Assembly (NCBI GenBank): GCA_963668175.1
Contig: OY764159.1
Location: 1,216,001 to 1,280,000 of the forward strand
Direction of reading: 5' to 3'
Source: Syntrophales bacterium
GTDB lineage: Bacteria > Desulfobacterota > Syntrophia > Syntrophales > PHBD01
DNA: 64,000 nt
Shown here piece by piece: positions 9,746-19,905 of this stretch; position 1 is the first letter of the stretch; each line of letters begins with the position of its first letter. Both the position numbers and the translations under genes were made by a program. The notes under the pieces were generated by a model. That model made no database searches and was not told the DNA's origin. It saw nothing but the letters and a program-made list of their open reading frames with translations.

Positions 9746-12370
9746 ATGCCGACCTCTCGGGAAGAAGATACAAATCAACAGCAGCGGGAATACTACGCGG
9801 GCTCTCTTTATGAAGAGGACAATTACCCCATTTCCCGGCTGATCAAATCGATGTTGTCCAAAGTCAATATCGACGAGGAGACCATCAAGACCATCCAGTC
9901 CCAGGCCGCCAAGGGGACGGTTGTGTATGCCTTGAAACACGGAAGCCATCTCGACAGCCTTATCATCCGCGAGCTGGCTTCTCGCGTGGACATCCCCCGC
10001 CCCGTTTATGTCCACGGGGTGAATATGGTCCTTTCCCAGCCCTTTGCGGTGGCCGTCAGGGTCGTCCTCTCCAGGCTCGTCTATTTCTTCTTCCGCAAAG
10101 GCAATCCCGATCCCGTCCAAACGGAATACCTGAAGCGGACCGTGGCATCCGGACACAGCGCCATCATCCATCTGGGGAGTTCCGAGTTTTACAAGAGCCC
10201 GTCGACGGAAGACGCGGTGAACCAGCTGATGGATGCGGCGAGAATATCGGACACACCCGTGGTGATTGTGCCCATCCTCATTACCTTCGGCCGACGGAGG
10301 GAAAAGGAAAACGAAAATATCGTGGAGATCGTCTTCGGCCAGTCCGAGAATGCCGGCATCCTGCACCGGCTGATCGTTTTTCTCCGCTATGCGAACAAGG
10401 CCTTTGCCATGGCCGCCGAACCGATCGATTTGACCGAGTACAGCCGCGACACGAGCATGCCGAAGGAGCAGCTCTACCAACGCCTGAGAGGCGAATTGAT
10501 TTCCCGGATCGACGAGGAGAAGGCGTCCATCGTCGGACCCGTACTGAAATCGAGACAAGAGATGATCAGTCTGGTGCTCAAGGACACGGGGCTCGTCCGG
10601 CTCATGGAAAATATGTCCGAGGAAGAGAAGAAGGACTATCGCGTCGTCCATCGCCGCGCCGAGAAATACCTCGACGAGATCGCGGCGAAGTACGACGAGA
10701 TAGTCATCGAAATGTTCGATCATGCCCTTACGTGGCTCTGGAACAACATTTACGACGGTCTGGTCGTGGACCGCGAAGGCATGCTGAAAATCCGGAATAT
10801 CGCCAGAAAAATGCCTTTTGTGGTCATTCCCTGCCATAGAAGCCATATCGATTACCTGCTCCTGTCCTATGTCTTTTACAAAAACAATATCCAGATGCCT
10901 TTCGTGGCCGCGGGGACCAACATGCAGTTCTGGCCCATGGGGCCCATCTTCCGGCGCTCCGGCGCTTTTTTTCTCCGCCGCAGCTTCAAGGGCAACATGC
11001 TCTACGGCGAGGTCTTTTCCCGGTATCTCAAGATCTTGATCAACGAGGGGCTCCCTATCGAGTTCTTCATAGAAGGCGGCCGCAGCCGCACGGGGAAGAT
11101 GGCCCTTCCCAAGTACGGGCTTCTCTCCATGATCATCCAGGCCTTTACGGAAGGGACCTCCGATGACCTGGCGGCGATACCAGTCTACGTCGGGTATGAC
11201 AGAGTCATCGAGGAGTCCTCGTATCTCAAGGAGCTCGGAGGGGCGGACAAATCGGCCGAGAAAGCGACGGATATGATCAAGAGCAGCAAGGTCTTGAGGA
11301 AACGATACGGTCATGTCTATGTCAATATCGGCGAGCCGATCTTTCTCAAATCCTATCTCGCTTCGCTGGAAAAATCCTATGACGCGATGACCATGGAAGA
11401 GCGCCAGAGCCTTTACCGGAAAATCGGCTACGAGATTGTGCTCGCCATCAACCGGGTTTCGGTCGTGACGCCCTTCGCCTTCATCGCCGCGGGATTGCTT
11501 TGCCACGACCGGCGGGGAATATCCTACGACGACCTGATGGAAGTTCTCGGCATCTTCCGTGATTATCTCAATCTGAAGCAGGTCAAACTGGCGGCGACCT
11601 TCGCCGACGAGCAGAGGGCTGTGGACAACGCCCTGTCCCTGTTCGACCAGGCCGGCCTGATTTCGCGGATCGGCGAGGACGAAGAGGAAGCGGACGATGT
11701 CGAGGAGATCGTCTACTCCCTCGAAGACGAAAAACGACTGAACATCGAATACTACAAGAACAACATCCTCCACTACTTTCTGCCGGCTTCGTTTCTGGCT
11801 ATCGCGATCCTTTCGAAGCGGGAGGACATGATCCTTTTGAAGGACATCATGGAGGATTATGTCTTCCTGAAGCGGCTTTTCCGCTACGAGTTCATTTACG
11901 ACGACAGCAGGGATGACGCCGACGAAATACGGGAGCTGATGTCCTATTTCCGGGAGCGGGGGATGATTTTCCTGGAGGACCGGGAAGGGGATGCCTGGAT
12001 CGTTGTGCGGGGCATCGGACGGAGCAATCTGGTCCCCTTTGAAGGGCTTGTCCACAATTATATCGAATCCTATTGGGTGGCCGTCCGGGGCTGCTCCTAC
12101 CTGCGGAAAGGGACCCTGTCCGAGAAGGATTTCATGCGGAAGCTTCGCGGCCTGGGAGAAAAACTGTTCCAGAAAGGCGAGATCCGGCGGGCGGAAGCGC
12201 TGTCCCAGTCGAATTATGCCAATGCCCTGCGTTTCCTGCAACTGGCCGATATTCTCGTCGTCGAAGAAGTGATGGAAAAAGGCGCCAAGCGGGCGATCAA
12301 GTTCTATTCCCTGACCGACGACCGTTCCAAGCTGGAGGGACTCCGCCGCCGGCTCTTCAATTTCATGTAA
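9746..12370 (+). CDS. plsB: Glycerol-3-phosphate acyltransferase (PlsB-type)
   Basis: CHRSHIDY (HxxxxD), GAFFLRR, FIEGGRSRTG; 874 aa. Confidence 0.85.
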   Translation: MPTSREEDTNQQQREYYAGSLYEEDNYPISRLIKSMLSKVNIDEETIKTIQSQAAKGTVVYALKHGSHLDSLIIRELASRVDIPRPVYVHGVNMVLSQPFAVAVRVVLSRLVYFFFRKGNPDPVQTEYLKRTVASGHSAIIHLGSSEFYKSPSTEDAVNQLMDAARISDTPVVIVPILITFGRRREKENENIVEIVFGQSENAGILHRLIVFLRYANKAFAMAAEPIDLTEYSRDTSMPKEQLYQRLRGELISRIDEEKASIVGPVLKSRQEMISLVLKDTGLVRLMENMSEEEKKDYRVVHRRAEKYLDEIAAKYDEIVIEMFDHALTWLWNNIYDGLVVDREGMLKIRNIARKMPFVVIPCHRSHIDYLLLSYVFYKNNIQMPFVAAGTNMQFWPMGPIFRRSGAFFLRRSFKGNMLYGEVFSRYLKILINEGLPIEFFIEGGRSRTGKMALPKYGLLSMIIQAFTEGTSDDLAAIPVYVGYDRVIEESSYLKELGGADKSAEKATDMIKSSKVLRKRYGHVYVNIGEPIFLKSYLASLEKSYDAMTMEERQSLYRKIGYEIVLAINRVSVVTPFAFIAAGLLCHDRRGISYDDLMEVLGIFRDYLNLKQVKLAATFADEQRAVDNALSLFDQAGLISRIGEDEEEADDVEEIVYSLEDEKRLNIEYYKNNILHYFLPASFLAIAILSKREDMILLKDIMEDYVFLKRLFRYEFIYDDSRDDADEIRELMSYFRERGMIFLEDREGDAWIVVRGIGRSNLVPFEGLVHNYIESYWVAVRGCSYLRKGTLSEKDFMRKLRGLGEKLFQKGEIRRAEALSQSNYANALRFLQLADILVVEEVMEKGAKRAIKFYSLTDDRSKLEGLRRRLFNFM

Positions 12371-12520
12371 GCCGGAGGCGAAGAAGCGAAAGGACTCCGG
12401 GCGACGGCAGGCTTGTCGATGATACGCGTTTCCGTGACGCCCGATCATCAGTAGGGCCGGGTCTTTCATGTATCGACCCGCCGGGGGCGAACCGGGCAGT
12501 GAAGGCAAGGAGAGCAGACG

Positions 12521-13051
12521 ATGTCCGATTTCAGGGAAGTGGAAGCCGGCCGTAAGCCGTTTAAACAGGCCTATGTGGCCGTCATGCTCTGGTTCGTGGG
12601 CCGCGCCATCCAGGCGGCGGCGAGAACGGACGAGGCGGTCCGTGAGGAATTCGCCGCGTTTCCTTCCGGCTTTAACTTTGCCCTTGGGGTGATGCCCGCC
12701 GGCCCCTATATGGTCGTGGGCAAGGATGAAGACGGCCGCGTCCGTTACAGGGGATGGAAGACGGCGGGCCGGAAGATCGATCTTGCCCTCCGGATCAAGA
12801 GTCTCGAGGCCGCCATGCTGATCTTCACGTTTCAGGAGGGCAACGCCGCGGCGGCGGCCAGAAACCGCCTGGTCGTCGACGGTGATGTGCCGTCCGCCTG
12901 TGCGGCCATCCGTATCCTTGAGATTGTGGAAGTCTACCTTCTTTTCAAACCCATTGCGAAACTGGCTGTCAAGAGGTATCCGCGCTGGTCCCTCGGTCGT
13001 TTGCTGGGCGGACGCCTCCTGGTCTATGTCCGGACCATTGCCGGCATATGA
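12521..13051 (+). CDS. Conserved hypothetical protein, possible SCP2 (lipid-binding) fold
   Basis: AGGAG RBS; pattern DLALRIKS...AAARNRLVVDGD resembles the SCP2 C-terminal L-x-V-x-G-D signature. Confidence 0.55.
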   Translation: MSDFREVEAGRKPFKQAYVAVMLWFVGRAIQAAARTDEAVREEFAAFPSGFNFALGVMPAGPYMVVGKDEDGRVRYRGWKTAGRKIDLALRIKSLEAAMLIFTFQEGNAAAAARNRLVVDGDVPSACAAIRILEIVEVYLLFKPIAKLAVKRYPRWSLGRLLGGRLLVYVRTIAGI

Positions 13052-13065
13052 AAAAGGAGTGAGCC

Positions 13066-14214
13066 TTGGAGTCCTTTTATCGATACGAATTTTCCTCGCC
13101 CGTAAAAATCAACGCCGGTCACCGGGCGCTGGACCACCTTCCTTTCGAGCTTCGAGCTTTTAATGCCGTAAAACCCCTGGTGGTTACGAACAAACGCCTG
13201 GCAGACCGGGGCGTTGTCGCGACGATCGTCGATGCCTTCAAGGATTCGGGGATGGCCCTCGGCATCTTCGACAACGTGCCGCAGGAACCGGATGCGAAGC
13301 TGATCCGGGATTTGACGACGCTGTACCGCGACAAGGGGTTCGACGCCGTGGTCGCCCTGGGGGGCGGGACCGTAGCGGATACTGCCAAGGTGCTGAATCT
13401 GGTCGTTTCGGCAGGACCGGAATATCTCGCGGAAGCTGCCGGCGAGGACCGGGTCCCGGGTCCCCTCAAACCCTTTTTTCTGCTGCCGTCAGGTGCTTGG
13501 GACGGACGCGAAAGCTCCCGTTATGCGGAGCTTGGCGGCCGGGAATACGCCTCTCCGCACCTGATGCCCGATCTGGCCGTCCTGGACCCTCGTCTGATGG
13601 TCGCGGAACCGTTTGCCGTAACCGCCGCATCCGTTCTGGCGACGCTGGCGCAGGCCGCCGATGCCGGACTCGGTTCGGAAAGGAACCCCCTGACGGGCGC
13701 CTATGCCGCGGGGGCATTGAACATCGTTCGGAGGCACCTCGATTCGATCCTGGCGAATTCCGGAAACCGGTCGGCCCTCCTGGCCCTGGCGAACGCCGCA
13801 TGCTTCGCCGGCTTTGCCTTCTCGAACCTGGGGCCGGGCATGGCCTACAGGCTCGGACGGGCCGTCGCCCTTATCGGCCGCCTCTCTCCCGGGTTCTCGA
13901 TGGGCGCCGTCCTGCCCCACGTCCTGGCCTGTTATCGGAGCCGATACGGGACGGGAACGGCCTTGCCGCTTTCCGGCGATTCGGGCGTTTCCGGGGAATC
14001 GCAGGGATGTTCCGGGGCAGAGGCCGAGGATGCGGTGAAGGAAGCCCTGAAAAAGATTCTGAAGGCCGTTGCAGGCTACAACTCTCTCAGGGAAGCCGGT
14101 TTCCCGGAAAGTGCCTTAAACGAAGCGGCCGTGAAGGCGGCCGGCGCAAAAGAATCCCGGGACGATTGCCTGGATGTCCTGAAGAAGGCCTTCGACGGAG
14201 CAGCGGGGCCTTAA
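13066..14214 (+). CDS. Iron-containing alcohol dehydrogenase homolog lacking metal ligands
   Basis: TTG start with AAGGAG; GGGTVADTAK and PDLAVLDP retained; Asp/His ligands absent. Confidence 0.8.
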   Translation: MESFYRYEFSSPVKINAGHRALDHLPFELRAFNAVKPLVVTNKRLADRGVVATIVDAFKDSGMALGIFDNVPQEPDAKLIRDLTTLYRDKGFDAVVALGGGTVADTAKVLNLVVSAGPEYLAEAAGEDRVPGPLKPFFLLPSGAWDGRESSRYAELGGREYASPHLMPDLAVLDPRLMVAEPFAVTAASVLATLAQAADAGLGSERNPLTGAYAAGALNIVRRHLDSILANSGNRSALLALANAACFAGFAFSNLGPGMAYRLGRAVALIGRLSPGFSMGAVLPHVLACYRSRYGTGTALPLSGDSGVSGESQGCSGAEAEDAVKEALKKILKAVAGYNSLREAGFPESALNEAAVKAAGAKESRDDCLDVLKKAFDGAAGP

Positions 14215-14235
14215 ACCCGGGAAAAGGTGAATGCC

Positions 14236-15483
14236 ATGGATATTCCTCCTTATTACGAGTTTTGCTGCCGTGTGAAGATCATATCCGGGCAGCAGGCCCT
14301 TGAACGCATTCCCGGCGTCCTGGCTTCATTCCGGGCGCGCAGGGCGATGATCATTGCCGACAAAGGCGTCAGCGGCGCCGGTCTCGTCGATATCGTCAGG
14401 GACGCCGTAAAGGGCGGCATCGAAATCGGGGCCGTCCGGGACGACGTCCCGCAGGATTCGGACCTGCATGTAGTGAGCAGGCTTGCGGCCGTCTATAACG
14501 ATGAGCGATGCGACGCGATCATTGCCGTGGGAGGCGGGTCCGTCATGGATACGGCCAAGGGTGTCAACATCCTCGTTTCCGAACAATCCACGGACCTGAT
14601 GGCGTTTTACGGCGCAGGCGTCCTGAAGAAGCCGTTGAAGCCCCTTGTCGCCATACCGACCACCGCGGGCACAGGCTCGGAAGTGACCCAGGTCGCCGTC
14701 ATCAAGAATCCCGAGCAGCACCGGAAGGTCCTCTTCGTCAGTTATTTCCTGATGCCCGACGCCGCCGTTCTCGATCCCCGCATGACGCTGACCCTGCCGC
14801 CGGCCATCACGGCCGCGACGGGCATGGACGCCCTGACCCATGCGGTGGAGGCCTATACGTGTCTTTCCAAAAACCCCGCGAGCGATGTGCATGCCCTGGC
14901 GGCCATTGAAATGCTGAGCGGCAATCTCCTCAACGTCGTCCGGAATCCCGGCGACCGGGAGGGCAGGCTGGTTCTGGCCAACGGTGCGACCCTGGCGGGG
15001 ATTGCTTTTTCCAACTCCATGGTCGGCATGGTCCACACGCTGGGACACTCGGTCGGGGCCGTATGCGGCGTTCCACACGGGGTCTGCATGGCCATCTTCC
15101 TTCCTTACGGCCTGGAGTACAATATGCACAGGAACGGCGGCTATACGGCGGAGTTGCTATCACCCCTCGCCGGCCGGGAGATTTGTGATGCAACGCCGCC
15201 CGCGGAGCGCGCCCGCCGGGTTGTGGCGTTGATAAGGCAGCTGAACCAGGATCTGCACGAGGCCACGGGTGGGAGGCACGCCCGCTTCATGAAGGAAATC
15301 GTCGACCGCGAAGGCCGGCCCGTTGTGCCGAGGGAAAGCCTTCCCGACATCGCCCGCACGGCCCTGGGCGACGGATCGATTTTTTACAACCCGGAAGACC
15401 TGGACTACGACGACCTCCTGATGGTCACGGAAGCCGCCTGGGAGGGGAAGCCCCTCGATACGAGCAGGATCAGAAAGGGCTAA
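14236..15483 (+). CDS. Iron-containing alcohol dehydrogenase
   Basis: GGGSVMDTAK, PTTAGTGSE, GMDALTHAVE, HTLGH...PHG. Confidence 0.92.
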   Translation: MDIPPYYEFCCRVKIISGQQALERIPGVLASFRARRAMIIADKGVSGAGLVDIVRDAVKGGIEIGAVRDDVPQDSDLHVVSRLAAVYNDERCDAIIAVGGGSVMDTAKGVNILVSEQSTDLMAFYGAGVLKKPLKPLVAIPTTAGTGSEVTQVAVIKNPEQHRKVLFVSYFLMPDAAVLDPRMTLTLPPAITAATGMDALTHAVEAYTCLSKNPASDVHALAAIEMLSGNLLNVVRNPGDREGRLVLANGATLAGIAFSNSMVGMVHTLGHSVGAVCGVPHGVCMAIFLPYGLEYNMHRNGGYTAELLSPLAGREICDATPPAERARRVVALIRQLNQDLHEATGGRHARFMKEIVDREGRPVVPRESLPDIARTALGDGSIFYNPEDLDYDDLLMVTEAAWEGKPLDTSRIRKG

Positions 15484-15520
15484 CATCACGACGGACAAAG
15501 CCTGCGGAAGAAAGAAACAC

Positions 15521-17482
15521 ATGCCGACACATGACGGATACATGGGAAAAATTCTCCTGGTCGATCTCTCTTTGGGGGATATCCGGGAAGAGGAGATAGA
15601 GAGGCGCCTCTACGAGCAGTATCTGGGCGGCACGGGGCTTGCGGCCCCCCTGCTCTACGACATGATCCCCGCCGGTGCGGACCCCCTTGGTCCGGACAAC
15701 GTACTCTGCTTCCTGGCGGGTCTCCTGACCGGTACGGGCAGCCTCTTTGCCGGCCGCTGGATGGTCGCCGGCAAGTCGCCGCTGACGGGGGGCTGGGGCG
15801 ATGCGAACTGCGGCGGCACGTTTGCTCCGGCCATCAAGCGAAGCGGCTACGACGGGATCTTCGTCAAAGGGATAAGCGCCGGTCCAGTCTATCTTTACGT
15901 CCGGGACGGCCGGGCGGAGTTGCGGGACGCCTCGCACGTGTGGGGCATCGACGCCGTGGAAGCGGAAACGTTGCTCAGAAAGGAAGCGGGAGGTCAATGC
16001 CGGGTGGCCCTGATCGGTCCCGCCGGGGAAAAACTGTCCCTGATCTCCGGCATCTGCAACGACGGGGGGCGGATCGCTGCCAGGTCGGGCCTCGGGGCGG
16101 TCATGGGCTCAAAAAGGCTGAAGGCCGTCGTCCTGGACGGCCACAGACAGGTCGGGGTTTTCAACCGGGACGAGATCAAACGGCTGAGCCGCAAGTGCAA
16201 CCGCTGGGTCCGCTTCCAGGCGCCGCTGGTCCCGGGACCGATGACCTCCCATCTTGGGGTCCTTATGCGGGTCATGCCCACGCAGATGGCCATGGACGGG
16301 ATGGTCTACAAGACGATGCTCACGAAATGGGGCACGTGCAGCATGAACCAGGTCTCGATCGAAATGGGCGACGCCCCCATCAGGAACTGGGAAGGAAGCA
16401 GCGCCACCTTCGGCCCCGACAAGTCCGTCAAGGTCAATCCCGATGTCTTCGCGGGCCGCGAGAAGACGAAGTACCACTGCTATTCCTGTCCGCTGGGCTG
16501 CGGCGGGATATGCACGCTTCCCGGCGGGGACGGCGAAACCCACAAGCCGGAATATGAAACGATCCTGGCCCTGGGCGGGCTTTGCGGCAACGAAGATCCG
16601 GACAGCATCTTTTATATGAACGAGATCCTGAACCGGGCCGGAATGGACACGATCTCGGCGGGCGGAACGGCGGCCTTTGCCATCGAATGCTTCGAGCGGG
16701 GCATCCTCACCCGGGACGATACCGGCGGTCTGGAGCTTACGTGGGGAAACACGAAGGCCGTGGTTGCCCTGATCGAAAAGATGATCCGCCGGGAGGGGAT
16801 CGGCGATATCCTGGCCGACGGATCAAGGGCCGCCGCCGCGAAAATCGGCCGCGAGGCCGGGCGGTACGCCATCCATGCCGGAGGGCAGGAGCTCGGCATG
16901 CACGATGGGCGCAACGACCCGGGCTTCAACGTGCACTATGCCGTGGAGCCGACGCCGGGCCGCCATACGCTGGGCTCGCAGCTCTATTACGAGATGTTCC
17001 AGCTGTGGAAAAAGGTCGAGGGACTGCCGAAACCCCATTTGATTTACAGCAAGAACGAAAAATACCGCCTGGACGAAAAAAAGGCCGCGACGGCCGCCGC
17101 ATGCAGCAAGTTCATGAACGTCGTGAATGGTGCGGGACTGTGCCTTTTCGGCGTCATGATCGGGGCGGGAAGAACTCCGACCTTCGAATGGCTGAACGCC
17201 GCCACGGGATGGAGAAAGACCCCGGCCGAGTATATAGAGATCGGCGCCCGCATCCAGACCGTGAAGCAGTTGTTCAATATCAAGCATGGTATCGATCCCC
17301 GGGCGGTCAAGATGAACGAGCGGGTTTTGGGGAAGCCCGCCCAGGCAGAGGGGGCCAACAAGGGGAGGTCCATGGACCTGGAGAATGCGAAAGGCGACTA
17401 CTGGCGGCAGTTCGGCTGGGATGCCGAGACGGGCAGGCCGACGGCGGCAAGCCTAGCCGGGTACGGGATCAACCTGGCCTGA
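15521..17482 (+). CDS. aor: Aldehyde:ferredoxin oxidoreductase (W/Mo-pterin AOR family)
   Basis: KSPLTG, RSGLGAVMGSKRLKA, CYSCPLGC, EYET, GMDTIS, GLCLF. Confidence 0.92.
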   Translation: MPTHDGYMGKILLVDLSLGDIREEEIERRLYEQYLGGTGLAAPLLYDMIPAGADPLGPDNVLCFLAGLLTGTGSLFAGRWMVAGKSPLTGGWGDANCGGTFAPAIKRSGYDGIFVKGISAGPVYLYVRDGRAELRDASHVWGIDAVEAETLLRKEAGGQCRVALIGPAGEKLSLISGICNDGGRIAARSGLGAVMGSKRLKAVVLDGHRQVGVFNRDEIKRLSRKCNRWVRFQAPLVPGPMTSHLGVLMRVMPTQMAMDGMVYKTMLTKWGTCSMNQVSIEMGDAPIRNWEGSSATFGPDKSVKVNPDVFAGREKTKYHCYSCPLGCGGICTLPGGDGETHKPEYETILALGGLCGNEDPDSIFYMNEILNRAGMDTISAGGTAAFAIECFERGILTRDDTGGLELTWGNTKAVVALIEKMIRREGIGDILADGSRAAAAKIGREAGRYAIHAGGQELGMHDGRNDPGFNVHYAVEPTPGRHTLGSQLYYEMFQLWKKVEGLPKPHLIYSKNEKYRLDEKKAATAAACSKFMNVVNGAGLCLFGVMIGAGRTPTFEWLNAATGWRKTPAEYIEIGARIQTVKQLFNIKHGIDPRAVKMNERVLGKPAQAEGANKGRSMDLENAKGDYWRQFGWDAETGRPTAASLAGYGINLA

Positions 17483-17545
17483 TACCTTTGGGGCATCGCC
17501 AATTTTTCATTTTGCAATCGCGAAAAAAGAGGTAGACATACAGAG

Positions 17546-17965
17546 ATGGCCTACAGGATAACGGAACGCTGCGATGGGTGCGGGGCCTGCGTCAGATGGT
17601 GCCCGACGTCGGCCATTCGCGGGGAGAAAAAGGCGCGTCATGCCGTCGACGGCGGCCTCTGTATCGAATGCGGGGCCTGCGGCCGGGTCTGCCCGCGGGG
17701 GAGCGTGGTCGACGCCTTCGGCATCCCGGCGGTCATGCAGAAAAAATCTCTATGGGAGAAACCGCAGATAGATGCGAAGGCGTGTATGCTTTGCGGGATC
17801 TGCATCGATGCCTGCCCGGCCGGATGTCTCGGGCGCATCGATGTCGCCGGCGACGTCCTGAGGGAGAGGATCGCTCTGACCGATGAAAAGGCCTGCCTCG
17901 CCTGCGGTTTCTGCCGGCGCGAATGTCCCGTGTCGGCCGTCGCCATGGCGGGACCTTCTGCATAG
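17546..17965 (+). CDS. 4x[4Fe-4S] polyferredoxin
   Basis: Four CxxCxxCxxxCP motifs. Confidence 0.9.
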   Translation: MAYRITERCDGCGACVRWCPTSAIRGEKKARHAVDGGLCIECGACGRVCPRGSVVDAFGIPAVMQKKSLWEKPQIDAKACMLCGICIDACPAGCLGRIDVAGDVLRERIALTDEKACLACGFCRRECPVSAVAMAGPSA

Positions 17966-18060
17966 ATTGACGAATATGGAATGAGCCGGACGGGGGATTC
18001 TTTTAAATTCGAGGCCGGAGAAGATTTCGAGAAAATGACAAACGGGAGGAATACAAACCT

Positions 18061-19530
18061 GTGAGACTCTACAATACACTGGTGAACAAGAAGCAGGAGT
18101 TGAAAACGATACGGGAAGGCAAGGTCGGTCTCTATATCTGCGGGATAACGGCCTACGACAGCTGCCATGTGGGGCATGCCCGGTCCGCGGTTGTGTTTGA
18201 CATTATCACGCGATACCTGCGCTATCGAGGATACGACGTGACCTACGTCAAGAACTTCACCGATGTCGACGACAAGATCATCGGCAAGGCGAACGCCGAA
18301 GGGACGGACATCGCAACCATAGCGGAACGCTATATCAAGGAGCATAACGACGACATGGGGGCGCTGGGCGTCGTACCGCCCACGGTGACCCCGCGGGCGA
18401 CCGAATACATCGGCGGCATGATCAAGCTCATTGAGACGCTGATCGCCAAGGGCCTGGCCTATGTCATGGACGGCGACGTCTATTACGCCGTTAGCAAATT
18501 CTACGGCTACGGAAAACTTTCCGGCCGAAGCCTCGACGATATGATCGCCGGCGCCCGCGTCGATGTGAACGAGCGGAAGAACAATCCCCTCGATTTCGCT
18601 CTCTGGAAGGCCAGCAAGGAGGGCGAACCCTGGTGGGAGAGCCCCTGGGGCAAGGGACGGCCGGGGTGGCACATCGAATGTTCGGTTATGAGCCAGCATC
18701 TTCTCGGCGATACCTTCGATATCCACGGCGGCGGCGAAGACCTCATCTTTCCCCACCACGAAAACGAAATCGCCCAATCCGAGGGGGCTTCGGGCAAGCC
18801 CCTGGCGAATTACTGGATGCATAACGGCTTTGTCCGGATCAACAAGGAGAAGATGTCCAAATCTCTGGGGAACTTCTTTACGATCAAGGACATGCTGGCA
18901 AGCTACCAGCCGGAAGTCTTGCGATTCTTCATGATTCAGACCCACTACCGGAGCCCGGCCGATTTCTCCGGCGATTCCCTTGCCGAGGCAAGACAGGGGC
19001 TCGAACGCTGCTATACGGCCCTCAAGGCGATCAAGGACGCCCTCGCGGGACATGTCGTTCCCGCCGGGATACCGGATCAACTGACCGGCCAGGACGAGGC
19101 GTTTTATAAGATCGTCGCCGAATTGCCGCAGAAGTTCCAAGAGGCCATGGACGACGATTTCAATTCCGCCAAGGCGATCGGCCATATCTTCGATGCGGTG
19201 AGGCATATCAACGCCTTTGCCGGCAAATCCTTCGCGGCAACGCCTGCGGCCCTGTTCGTCGTGGACGTGGCGAGGCGGAACCTCCTTGAAATTGGGAATG
19301 TCCTGGGCCTCTTCCTGATGGATCCCGACGACTATTTCGACCGCGACCGGACCCTCGAAGTCGCGAAACGCGGGCTCGACACGACCCTTATTCTGCAATT
19401 GATCGGAGAGAGAAACGCCGCCCGGGCCGCCAAGGATTGGCAGAAGGCCGACGAGATAAGAAAGGCCCTGGCGGAGATGAAGGTCGTCCTGAAGGATACG
19501 CCGACGGACACGCTCTGGCAGATCGAGTAA
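18061..19530 (+). CDS. cysS: Cysteine--tRNA ligase
   Basis: CGIT, HVGH, GRPGWHIEC, FPHHENE, KMSKS. Confidence 0.97.
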   Translation: MRLYNTLVNKKQELKTIREGKVGLYICGITAYDSCHVGHARSAVVFDIITRYLRYRGYDVTYVKNFTDVDDKIIGKANAEGTDIATIAERYIKEHNDDMGALGVVPPTVTPRATEYIGGMIKLIETLIAKGLAYVMDGDVYYAVSKFYGYGKLSGRSLDDMIAGARVDVNERKNNPLDFALWKASKEGEPWWESPWGKGRPGWHIECSVMSQHLLGDTFDIHGGGEDLIFPHHENEIAQSEGASGKPLANYWMHNGFVRINKEKMSKSLGNFFTIKDMLASYQPEVLRFFMIQTHYRSPADFSGDSLAEARQGLERCYTALKAIKDALAGHVVPAGIPDQLTGQDEAFYKIVAELPQKFQEAMDDDFNSAKAIGHIFDAVRHINAFAGKSFAATPAALFVVDVARRNLLEIGNVLGLFLMDPDDYFDRDRTLEVAKRGLDTTLILQLIGERNAARAAKDWQKADEIRKALAEMKVVLKDTPTDTLWQIE

Positions 19531-19756
19531 GACTGGAGAGCTTTCAGTATCTAAAGAATAGGCACGGATATCGTCCCGAAAGCCTTCCTGCGCCAGGCCT
19601 CCGCGCGGTAGACCATCCGTCGTTTAAGAAGTTTAGGGCAAAGAATCTGTCTAACCTGGAAAATCAGGATACACAGCCGGTTCATCAATGACCCTCGTCG
19701 GTTTGTATTACAGGTCGGCCATGCGGGGGATGAGTATCTTGCGGACTACATTCAGC

Positions 19757-19786
19757 TTGACAAACAGCCACCATCTGTACGATAAT
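19757..19786 (+). promoter_or_regulatory. Putative sigma70 promoter
   Basis: TTGACA-N18-GATAAT upstream of the ORF at 19906. Confidence 0.45.
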
Positions 19787-19905
19787 CCGGACCAGGCTTG
19801 TTGCCCGGAGTAGGTGATTTCCTGAAGCCTTTAATACCCTCGATCGGGATGGGATGATGGAGGGAAAGACAATCCCGCAAAGACCCAAAAAGGATTGGAG
19901 GCTGC

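Noticed and set aside
9704..12508. 934-aa antisense ORF, and similar ones at 7726-9354, 17638-19398, 45816-47489, 47532-49505 and 59439-61253
   Set aside because: Shadows of well-supported genes on the opposite strand, expected from high-GC codon bias; no recognisable motifs
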